A DNA stretch of 64,000 bases from NCBI GenBank assembly GCA_045648745.1, contig JAZROM010000078.1, positions 6,374 through 70,373 of the forward strand. The letters run 5' to 3'. The position numbers and the translations under genes are program-made. A model generated the notes under the pieces. The model did not search any database and was not told the DNA's origin. It saw only the letters and a list, made by a program, of their open reading frames with translations. Position 1 is the stretch's first letter. The number at the start of each line of letters is the position of its first letter. Below are positions 1 to 9,200 of this stretch, piece after piece. This DNA is from Acutalibacteraceae bacterium (GTDB lineage: Bacteria; Bacillota; Clostridia; Oscillospirales; Acutalibacteraceae).

Positions 1-3000
1 ATGGTATTGACTGCAGCACCGTTAAATGGCTTCGTGGGGCTAGAACTCCCGGAATTACTTGATTTCTCAATCTTATCAAGTGCTGCAGGTGCTACTGAGG
101 AAGAACTTGGTTTTGCTATGAACAATTATATAGCCGGAATAATTCTTAACACTAATTTAGAAAGTTGCGCTGTTTCAGACAGTGGCAAATCAATTGCCAG
201 TATGCATTTGGACTATTATACGCAACTTAATAATGTTAGTTTATCTAAATCTTTTACAGATGCATTGGAGTCCGATACAGGATTTATGTCTTCTGTCGCC
301 GCTTGGGAGACACTAACATTTAGTCCTAAGGATATTTATGAAGAATCAATAAATGAGATAGGTTATTACCAAGCGATTCTGTTTGAAATTTTAGATGTCG
401 CAGTAGATTATAACTTTGTTCCATCTATTATAAGCAATTCGAACAAGCATGTTGTATCTACACTTAAATCAATTAACGAGCTAGAGATAAAGGTTGGTGA
501 AATAACAGTTGACGGAAATACATCTTGGTCGTTGTTAGATGCTGATAAGCAACATAGAATTATACAAGCAACAGCTGGGCGAATGACGGAACTTGATATG
601 AGAAACCAATCCTTAGCGGATTTTAGTATGATTGTTAAAGCTTGCACAACAGTTACTGATTTTGTTGAAAAAGCAGCACAACTAACAGCTTTGGTGACGT
701 TAACTGAGGATGTTAAGACAATTATAGGCGAAATGTATTCCAATTGCTCCTACATCAATAATCCTAAACTAAAAACGGCCATATTGGAGATAAAAACGGC
801 AATGGAAAGCAAAATGGAGAGTGTTGGAACAATAGGATTAGAACTCTTGGCCTCTGCAGGAAAATATTCTATGGATACTTTTCTGGATATAATGTGGGGA
901 GAATGTGTGTCTGTTGTTTTGGGTTATTTAGGTGCTGGATTTCTGATAGGGCAAGTAATTGGAAGAGGAATATCAAATATATTATTTGCAACAGATGAAA
1001 CAATTGAACAGTTCTATACAATGCAAGCATTAGAAGATATTGAAACTTTATTATGCTTTAGTGTGAAAAAATTAGGTTCAAAGTTTTGTTCATCTCAATC
1101 AACAGAAGATGCGAACACATTTTTAAGATCGGTTGATCTACTTTACAATACATACAAAACAGATTTTGAATATGCTATTAAATTTTCTAAAATCATTAAT
1201 GAAAAAGGGTTATGGAATAAAGTAAAACTTTTTTGTACCGGTGGTTCTGATAATGTTGAAGAAGTAAAACGCATAGCGAATTCGATGAACAGTAGCATGG
1301 CAAGTACCTTAGGCATGTTGACTGATATTGATAGCTATTGCTTCTACCTTGAATATGACAAACCGGAAGTCTTTGAAGCATATTATGGCGGATTGACTGA
1401 CGAAGAAATGACGAATAGATATGTAGAAAAAGTTAGGCTACTTACTGTTGCATGCCCTACAGACGTTGAGATTTACAATTGGCAAGGTGATTTAGTCGTA
1501 AGCGTTGAAAACAATGAATTGTTTTTGTGTCAACCTGGCTACTACTGTGTTATTGAGGATGATATAAAGTATGTTTTAACCTCTGTTGAACAGCAGATGT
1601 CAATGAAAATCATTGGAACAGATGAAGGCAAAATGACTTATACGGTTTGCGAAGCTGATGGAGAGGGCTTCAAAAGAACGATGAGCTTTGACAATGTTAA
1701 ACTAACTGATGGTTGCGAGTTTTCAACAGCATTGCCAAAAGAAATCTTGGTTGACTCAAAGAAATACAATTTAAACACAGAAAACGGCAATGAAATTACT
1801 TGCTCTTATGATTCGGAAAATGAAAATATAGGAGGATTTCCGCCCAATCTTTTGCAAAAAGTATTGGAAGCAATAAAATATTCAAATAATGTTGTTGATA
1901 TATCGGTGTTCGAAATTCCTATGGATAAAGCAAAAGATTTAATTACTATGATAGCAACTAAACTCGAAATTGCCGGATATAGTCACTCTTTTTCTTATGA
2001 TGTTATATACGATTCACATAAAAACACTATTGCAAAACTTAATTTTAGTTTTGAAAATGCAACCGAATCAATGGAACCAACAAATTTAATAGATGCAGAA
2101 GAATATGTTTTAACTAAAATTAAAAAAAATACTGAAAGTATGAATGATTTTGATAAAGTTATATATATTCATGATTATCTCGTTCTCAATGGTGAGTATG
2201 ATTTAGAGTTGATGAATATTATTGATACAAACGGAACTCTTTCGGATGAATTAATTTCAAATCGCTATGATAAATATGCTCTTTTAGTAAATGGAACGGG
2301 TATCTGTGATACATATACGCAAGCCTATAAGTATCTTTTAGAGAATTGTGGTATTGATTGTATTACAGTATCAAGTTCCGATATGAATCATGCTTGGAAT
2401 TTAGTTGAAATCGATAATGAATGGTATCATGTCGATTGTACTTGGGACGACCCTGTTAATGATAGGGTCGGAATAACTCGTTATGATTATTTTCTTTTAA
2501 ATGATGAGGAAATCAGCAGCAAAGAACATTATTCTTGGAAGCCCACAACCATTTCAGCAACATCAAATGCTTTTTCTTCAATTCCTCGAGGTGATTCAGA
2601 TAAAATTGCATATGGCGAAGGCAAGTGGTGCTATTATTTAGGAGAGGTATTGTATTGCAGTGATATTTATGGAAAAAATCCTATTGAAATATCAGATGTA
2701 CAATTTTCGGCAATGGATATTTACAATGGTAACATATATGGAGTAAAGGACAATGTGCTATACAGAATAAACATTGAAAAACCTGAAGAAGGTTATGAGG
2801 TTGTTTGTCCTTTCTCTCAATCAGTGAAGTCTATTTATATAGATACCCATGGTGTTTTAGAGTATTATACAAAAGCTGGAAAAAGCTTTGAAACGATTAA
2901 TTTAAATAAATCCTACGAGGTAGAAGGAATTTATCTTGAAAACAATACCATAATTATTAAGAATGGAGATAGCATCCAAATTCAACCAAAGGCAATCGTT

Positions 3001-5373
3001 AACGGTTCACCAATAAATGCTTTCGACGGAAGCTTTGTCTGGGAATCTTTTGACGATGCAATTGTAACTGTCGATTCAGCTGGTGTTTTAACACCTAATT
3101 TGTCAGGAAAAACCACAATAAAAATTTCATTGGGCAAATTTAGTGTAGAATGCACGGTTATTGTAGAAAAATGGGAACATATGATTTGTGGAACACTGGC
3201 GGTAGGAACATCGTGGATGTTTGATGAAAACCAAAGCTTGCTTTACATTAAAGGAGAAGGTCTAATTCCAGATTTTGCTTCAGAAATTGAAACGCCCTGG
3301 TATAAATATAGGAATCACATTAAAAACATCAATATTTCTGATAAGATAACAAGTATTGGTTCCTACTCTTTTTCGCATTTGTCCAATATAAAAGAATTAA
3401 ACATACCTAAAAGTATAGTTGCTATTAACGAATATGCCTTGTCAGGTTGTAACAGCTTGGAAGAACTGTCAATTCCGTTTGTGGGTTTATCAAGAACTGC
3501 AAACAATACGTATGATGCCGTGTTTGGTCACATTTTCGGTCGCAGTGAGACCGGTGTCGGTCAATACCATCGCTTGGAAGACGGAAACTTGTATTATTAT
3601 ACTTATGCAATACCGGAATCGCTACGAACGGTTAGCATAACTGATGCTTCTATAATTCCATTTGGAGCTTTCCATAACTGTTCAAATATCAATAAAATAG
3701 ACATAAATGACGGTGTTGAGCAGATTGGAGCTTATAGCTTCGCAAGTTGCACCGGTCTGACAGATTTTATTGTTCCTGATACCGTTGAGTATATCGCTGA
3801 AGATTCATTTAACGGTTGTTCTTCCTTAGTTTCAATAACCCTTCCGTTTGTTGGTTCATCACGAACGGCAAATAATACATATGATTCTGTATTTGGTTAT
3901 ATTTTTGGCAGATGTGATAGTTCTACAGGAATAATTCAATATTATATGTCCGACGGAAGCAGTTTATCATATTATTATTATGATGTGCCTCAAAGCATCA
4001 AAACCGTAAAGATTACCGATGCAGATTATATCCCGTTTGGTGCATTCCATAATTGCTCGAATGTGATTGATTTTGCAGTTAATGATATATCTGTCATATA
4101 TGGTTATGCGTTCGCTAACTGTTCTGCTGTCAAGGAGATCGAAATTCCTGATAGTGTTTTGACCATTTACGAAAAAGCTTTTAACGGTTGTAATTCATTA
4201 GAAAAAATTTCGCTTCCGTTTATAGGTTCTTCTCGTGAAGCAAGCGGAACATATGATGCGGTTTTAGGTTATATCTTTGGTAGAGCGAATTCAGGAACAT
4301 TACAGTACGGCGTTGTTTCAGGAACATCTATTTCCGGATATTATTATGCAATTCCTGCAACATTAAAATCTGTCACTGTAACGGATGCTAAAAAAATTGC
4401 AGTTGGCGCATTTTGTAATTGCTCGAATTTATCGTTCTTAAGAATAAATGACGGTGTTACACAACTTTCAGATTATTCATTGATGGGTTGTTCAGGTTTG
4501 GAGGAGCTTCGATTACCATCAACATTCAAGACACTTTCAAGTGATATTTTGACGGATTGCTCTAATTTGAAAAAGCTTTATATGTATTCTCGAAGTTGTA
4601 CAATCAGCAACAGCAGTTCATGTATACCGCGTAACGCAACGATCTACGCTTACAGTAATTCTACTGCTAATAAATATGCTGACCAATATAATCGTAATTT
4701 TGTGCCTATTGATGTTGCGATTTCTGCCATGACAGATTCAGGCCTAGTTGTCGATTCGGTTAAAAAGATTATTTACGGCATTGAGTCAGGAAGCGAAGAT
4801 ATTATATCTAAGTTAGTTGTTACTGGTGAAGGTTCAGCGATAGCTAGTACAGTAGGCACAATTTCAACAGGAATAACTGTAACGCTCAAAGATATTGCAT
4901 CTATTATAACGGATGTTTATACCGTTATAATTTTCGGGGACGTTAACGGAGACTCTTGGTACGATGGTCAGGATGCGATTATCGTAGATTGTCTTGCAAA
5001 CGGTATGCTTACGAAGGAAGATGTCAGTGAGGCTGTTTATATGGCAGCAGACTGTAACCATGACGGAGTGATTGATCAACTTGATGTTGGTTTGCTCAAT
5101 CAGGCAGGTGCACTCCTTGCAAATGTAGACCAGTCCAAGTCTGCAGAAGAGCTCCTCGAAACATCATCAGCATATGTTGAGTATCTTGACCTCATCGATC
5201 AGTCTCCCGAGATTGAGGTTGAAGATGATGAAGCAACCGAGAATGAAGCAACAGAAGACGAAAGCGATGATTCAACACCTGTTGTTGAAAACAGTATTTT
5301 TGCATTCATCTCTGAATTTATTGCAATGCTTCAAAAGCTGTTCGATTTCATTTTAAGTTTTGTCAACGTTTAA
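1..5373 (+). CDS. Giant cell-surface protein, probably 5'-truncated by the window edge: helical N-region, transglutaminase-like Cys-protease core, Big_2 Ig-like domain, BspA-type LRRs, type I dockerin, acidic linker, Phe-rich C-terminal helix
   Basis: The ORF runs from base 1, and no signal peptide follows the first Met, unlike its paralog at 6232. The Cys/His/Asp core is 'GICDTYTQAY...MNHAWNLVEIDNEWYHVDCTWDDP' (approx nt 2100-2520). 'LPFVGSSRTANNTYD.VFG.IFGR' occurs three times. The dockerin is 'GDVNGDSWYDGQDA...ADCNHDGVIDQLDV' (approx nt 4920-5110). An intrinsic terminator follows. Confidence 0.85.
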   Translation: MVLTAAPLNGFVGLELPELLDFSILSSAAGATEEELGFAMNNYIAGIILNTNLESCAVSDSGKSIASMHLDYYTQLNNVSLSKSFTDALESDTGFMSSVAAWETLTFSPKDIYEESINEIGYYQAILFEILDVAVDYNFVPSIISNSNKHVVSTLKSINELEIKVGEITVDGNTSWSLLDADKQHRIIQATAGRMTELDMRNQSLADFSMIVKACTTVTDFVEKAAQLTALVTLTEDVKTIIGEMYSNCSYINNPKLKTAILEIKTAMESKMESVGTIGLELLASAGKYSMDTFLDIMWGECVSVVLGYLGAGFLIGQVIGRGISNILFATDETIEQFYTMQALEDIETLLCFSVKKLGSKFCSSQSTEDANTFLRSVDLLYNTYKTDFEYAIKFSKIINEKGLWNKVKLFCTGGSDNVEEVKRIANSMNSSMASTLGMLTDIDSYCFYLEYDKPEVFEAYYGGLTDEEMTNRYVEKVRLLTVACPTDVEIYNWQGDLVVSVENNELFLCQPGYYCVIEDDIKYVLTSVEQQMSMKIIGTDEGKMTYTVCEADGEGFKRTMSFDNVKLTDGCEFSTALPKEILVDSKKYNLNTENGNEITCSYDSENENIGGFPPNLLQKVLEAIKYSNNVVDISVFEIPMDKAKDLITMIATKLEIAGYSHSFSYDVIYDSHKNTIAKLNFSFENATESMEPTNLIDAEEYVLTKIKKNTESMNDFDKVIYIHDYLVLNGEYDLELMNIIDTNGTLSDELISNRYDKYALLVNGTGICDTYTQAYKYLLENCGIDCITVSSSDMNHAWNLVEIDNEWYHVDCTWDDPVNDRVGITRYDYFLLNDEEISSKEHYSWKPTTISATSNAFSSIPRGDSDKIAYGEGKWCYYLGEVLYCSDIYGKNPIEISDVQFSAMDIYNGNIYGVKDNVLYRINIEKPEEGYEVVCPFSQSVKSIYIDTHGVLEYYTKAGKSFETINLNKSYEVEGIYLENNTIIIKNGDSIQIQPKAIVNGSPINAFDGSFVWESFDDAIVTVDSAGVLTPNLSGKTTIKISLGKFSVECTVIVEKWEHMICGTLAVGTSWMFDENQSLLYIKGEGLIPDFASEIETPWYKYRNHIKNINISDKITSIGSYSFSHLSNIKELNIPKSIVAINEYALSGCNSLEELSIPFVGLSRTANNTYDAVFGHIFGRSETGVGQYHRLEDGNLYYYTYAIPESLRTVSITDASIIPFGAFHNCSNINKIDINDGVEQIGAYSFASCTGLTDFIVPDTVEYIAEDSFNGCSSLVSITLPFVGSSRTANNTYDSVFGYIFGRCDSSTGIIQYYMSDGSSLSYYYYDVPQSIKTVKITDADYIPFGAFHNCSNVIDFAVNDISVIYGYAFANCSAVKEIEIPDSVLTIYEKAFNGCNSLEKISLPFIGSSREASGTYDAVLGYIFGRANSGTLQYGVVSGTSISGYYYAIPATLKSVTVTDAKKIAVGAFCNCSNLSFLRINDGVTQLSDYSLMGCSGLEELRLPSTFKTLSSDILTDCSNLKKLYMYSRSCTISNSSSCIPRNATIYAYSNSTANKYADQYNRNFVPIDVAISAMTDSGLVVDSVKKIIYGIESGSEDIISKLVVTGEGSAIASTVGTISTGITVTLKDIASIITDVYTVIIFGDVNGDSWYDGQDAIIVDCLANGMLTKEDVSEAVYMAADCNHDGVIDQLDVGLLNQAGALLANVDQSKSAEELLETSSAYVEYLDLIDQSPEIEVEDDEATENEATEDESDDSTPVVENSIFAFISEFIAMLQKLFDFILSFVNV
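3466..4580 (+). repeat. Intragenic tandem super-repeat (three units of approx 369-372 nt, about 123-124 aa) within the LRR region
   Basis: The 'ccgttt(g/a)t(g/t/a)ggt' anchor encoding LPF(V/I)G recurs at nt 3475, 3844 and 4216. Each unit reads LPFVGSSR..NNTYD..FG.IFGR....YYY..IP.S(L/I)KTV.ITDA..IPFGAFHNCSN. Confidence 0.8.
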
Positions 5374-5392
5374 ATGACTATCTGTTTACACA

Positions 5393-5422
5393 CGGCACCG
5401 GCTTTGTCCGGTGTCGTTTTTC
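5393..5422 (+). terminator. Intrinsic terminator of the first giant surface-protein gene
   Basis: The hairpin cggcaccgg-ctttgt-ccggtgtcg has one G-U pair on the plus strand and is followed by tttttcttgttt, 20 nt after the stop codon. Confidence 0.8.
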
Positions 5423-5442
5423 TTGTTTCGAGCTCGGTTGGC

Positions 5443-5990
5443 AAAAAACCACGAACCACGTGAGGCAAAACAACAAACCACGACGATTTTCACGTCAGGT
5501 GAAAACGACTTTTGCATTGGTTCTCCTTGCTTTTTGATGCATTCAAGTCAAAAAACCACGAGACCACGTGAAAATTCACCTCTTTTTATTAACACATTCT
5601 CGCCGCCAAGAACACGTCATTTCCACCGCAATAGGAGACCGCTTGCACCGGTCTCCGTTTTGTTTGGGAATTCCTTGCATTTTGTCTCTCTCGTTCTCTT
5701 CTCGCCGCCGAACTTTCGGCGTCACAGAATTGTGGCGCAGCCACGTTAGTGGATGCGCCTACATATGTTTATGCTCTATTGAGTAGATTGACCTCTCAGA
5801 AAGTTTGTTTTGGCAGTTCGTCGTCGGGTCGTCGGCAAGTTCGTATGAAGATGCTCCACGTTTGTTGAAACAGCTCAGCTTCGTATGTTTTTCTGTTTTG
5901 GCTCCAAAACCGCGTGCCGAGGGTTAAAGTCCTTCTGCCCCTGCCATAATAAAAAGCCTTGAAACTACGCGGTTTCAAGGCTTTTTATTT
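5443..5990 (+). repeat. Copy A (longest) of a repeated, hairpin-rich intergenic element ending in a C-rich stretch plus a terminator
   Basis: 5443-5722 aligns with 10528-10807. 5548-5610 plus 5700-5985 aligns with 42646-42932. The motif 'aaaaaccacga(a/g)(-/a)ccacgtga' occurs twice. An internal terminator-like hairpin ggagaccg-cttgca-ccggtctcc+gtttt lies at about 5634-5662. The 3' end is gtccttctgcccctgccataa followed by the hairpin aagccttgaaac/gtttcaaggctt and a T-run (5951-5990). Confidence 0.85.
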
Positions 5991-6173
5991 TTTTATCAAC
6001 AAGTAAAGTGATTCGTTTCTATTCGTGTTTAGTTATATTCAGACAGTTCTTTTTGGGCGTCATTCTGCCGTCACGTCATCTTCGGCGACGGCGACGACGA
6101 ATTTTTAGTCTTCGGAATATATAAAAATATCCAACAAAGAAAGACGTAATTTAGTATACTTCTTTGTTGTTTG

Positions 6174-6202
6174 TTGACATTTGTTGACTTCAGTTTTATA
6201 AT
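6174..6202 (+). promoter_or_regulatory. Consensus sigma-A-type promoter for the second giant surface-protein gene
   Basis: TTGACA (6174-6179), an exactly 17-nt spacer, then TATAAT (6197-6202). The RBS ggaggg lies upstream of the ATG at 6232. Confidence 0.6.
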
Positions 6203-6231
6203 TTTTTCATTGGATATCCGGAGGGATCAGT

Positions 6232-9200
6232 ATGAAGAAGCGAATTATCAGTATATTTTTATTAATCGTTATAGTAATGGGCGTTGCGACAACGGCTATT
6301 GTTTCGTCATTGGCATCAGACACCGAAGATGAGTTGTACGACTATGCGAAATTTGAAGTCGATTATCTTATGAATCGGGTTGAGTATAATGGTGACATAC
6401 TTAACGGTAGTGCAAATGTGTATGATATGGTTATCAAAGATGACTTTTTTAATCATGATTTTTATGAGTATTTGCAGGACCATCCTGTTTTGAGAGAAAT
6501 AACTGTTACTCAGGTTCAGTTATATGATAATGACATAAACCTTATTGCACATCCTGAACACTTTTATTCTGTTGTTTTGATGGACATTTTGCAGAGCCAG
6601 GATTTACAGGATTTAAGCAAGGATTCTCTTAAAAGTACGGTTTCATCTGATGTAGACAGAATTATACAGATGACTTTTGCAGAGGATTGTGATAATTTAA
6701 TTGATAATCTCGGGATTAAAAATGTTTCTCAGCTCAAAGCAGCAACCCTGGGTGACCTGCCTAATGAAACGATTAACAAAATTGTTGATAATATTGCTGA
6801 CGTAACTTCAGCTCATATCGGTGTCAAAGACTTATCAGGTATATTAGGCTATGCTCTGGATATATATGGCTCTGTCGAAAACGTAGTTAACAAAATTGAT
6901 TCCCTTTATGCAATTGCCGGTTACAACTTAAAGGCTATAGAAGCCTTAATGCAGATTTCTTACAGAACTGATGATCCATATCTTAAAATGGCAGCAAACG
7001 ATATCATCGGAATTTACAGTGAAATGGACTCTGCTGATGAAGTAGCAGAGATTATGTCAATTGCCGGACAGACTGCAACGGGATATGCTGTTGATAAACT
7101 GTTGTATTATTCCACTAAATTTGCAGTTGGAGCACTTTGTACGGCAGTCGGCAATGTTTTAGTGGCGTGGGATGTTGGTACATCTATTGCGAATATATGC
7201 TTTAAAGTTAATGATTTGAATACCGGATACTTTTTGGTTGAAGCTGCGACGGTTGTTGAAGATGTGTTTCGTCGATATTTATCCTCTTGCAGCGATAACT
7301 ATCTCTCAAGTGGTTCACTTATAGATGCTGAAAGGTGTCGTACTGCATATAAACTTGTTTTAACAACTCAGTATTATTCAAATGAAATAATGCGAGAGCT
7401 TGGTTACACTATTGCAAATAATGTTGCAATATGGAGCGCAATAAGATCTCTTTTTGGATGTGCTTCTTATCAGGACGTTGAAGACATCTGTAATTCAACC
7501 CGAAATATTATTGAACAAAGATACTATAACTGGGTTGCTCTTGCCCAAAAGATGTATAAAACAATTTATGGTGTGAGTTTCAGTCATGCGATCTCTTTGC
7601 AGTCAACTCCTGTAAGCAGTATTTCATTTAAGACAGGCAGTTATACACTTTTTGTTAATGAAGGTGTGTGTAACACTGCCACGGCATACCCCACAAATGC
7701 AGTTGATAGGGAAGTTTATTATTCTTCAAGTGATCCGTCTGTTGCAACAGTAAACTCATATGGCAATATAGTCGCTGTTTCTCACGGTGAAACGACAATA
7801 ACGGCATATACACTTAACGGAACAAAAGCAACATGCAAGATTACTGTTTTGCCATATAAAGTGTCTTTGATTGACGATGAGCGTTATCGTCTTGATAAGT
7901 ATATAGGTGGAGCTATTGCAGCTAATATTCCTTCCGCCTCGTCTACAGGTGTTCCTGTCACTTCAATTGCAGACAATGCATTTGAGGGATCCTCTGTTAC
8001 AAGCGTAACAATTCCTGATAGTGTTACAAGTATCGGTGATTCTGCATTCGCTTACTGTAACGGTCTTATAAGTATAGAAATTGGCGACGGAGTTACAATC
8101 ATCAGGGGTTCTGCGTTCGATTGTTGTGACAGTCTTATGGATGTATACTATACTGGTGATATATCCGGATGGTGTGCAATCAGTTTTGGCAGTCGTTCTG
8201 CTAATCCTATGTATTATGCAGAAAATGTTTATCTGGACGGCAAGCTTATTGACGGGGAAGTCATAATTCCCGACAGTGTCACAAGCATAGGTGATTATAC
8301 TTTTTCAGGCTGTACAGGTCTTAAGAGTATAAGTATTGGCAGTGGTGTTACGTATATCGGCGATTTTGCTTTTTTCGATTGTTTTAATCTTGCTTGCTTT
8401 ACTGTTGATTCTGACAATCCAACATATTTGAGTGATGAATGTGGTGTGTTGTTCAATAAGGATAAAACATATATTGTTCAATATCCTATTGATAACCCAA
8501 TAACAGCTTATGTGATTCCTGATACCGTTGTCGGTTGGGGTCAAATTGCTTTTGCCGGATGCAAAGGTATAGAGGAACTTTCGATTCCTGTTTCGGCTCC
8601 AATATACGACGATAATTATTTAAATGCCCGCGCGTTTAAAGGATGTACAGTTAAAAAGATTATCATTACAGTGGGTAATGGTACAGAAAACGAGTGGCCG
8701 AGAGTAGTACATTATGACTACACTCCGTGGTATATTACCGGGTGCTCTGAAATTGTTATAGAGGACGGTGTAAAATGTATTGATGAAGGTATGTTCCGTG
8801 AGTGCACCGAACTTATAAGTGTAACAATTGGTAACAGTGTTACACTTATCGGAATTTCTGCGTTTGAGTATTGTACAAGTCTTGTAAACATAACAATTCC
8901 TGATAGTGTCACAGAGATTGGTAGTTGTTCATTTATGGGCTGCGAAAGTCTTGAAAGTATATCGATACCTGATAGCGTAAAAGTATTAGGAGGTACTTCT
9001 TTTTATGAATGTTATAACCTTAAAAATGTTAAGCTTGGAAATGGCATAACACAAATAGAATGTGCTACTTTTGCGTATTGTCATAAACTCGAGAGTATCA
9101 TAATACCTGATAGTGTTACTTATATAGACGGAAATGCATTTCGTGATTGCACAGGTTTAAAAGAATTGACGATGCCGATATCAGCCGAATTGTACAATGA

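Noticed and set aside
5386-5517. Minus-strand mini-ORF with a good RBS (aaggaga-acca-ATG) in element copies A and B, encoding 'MQKSFS(P/T)DVKIVVVCCFASRGSWFF...', considered as a type I toxin-like peptide
   Set aside because: The two copies are nearly identical at the DNA level, so ORF conservation carries no information. The C-termini differ (43 versus 25 aa). The hydrophobic stretch is too short for a TM helix, and copy C lacks the ORF. I kept it only as a note. Ribosome profiling could revive it.
5411-5786. Plus-strand ORFs of 112 and 72 aa (and 10461-10850, 129 aa) lying inside the repeated intergenic element
   Set aside because: They have no RBS and start right after a strong terminator. 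Their composition is Arg/Pro/Ser-rich and low in complexity. The reading frames are not preserved between element copies: copy C deletes about 100 nt and copy B diverges. They are better explained as chance ORFs in a structured non-coding repeat.
5905-5947. tRNA-like 3' end in element copy A: a T-arm-like 'gaggg-ttaaagt-ccttc' followed by 'tgcccct-g-cca'
   Set aside because: No complementary 5' acceptor strand (aggggca), D-arm or anticodon arm could be found upstream. The T-loop lacks the conserved C56, and copies C and D lack the T-arm-like insert altogether. It is not a tRNA or tmRNA gene.
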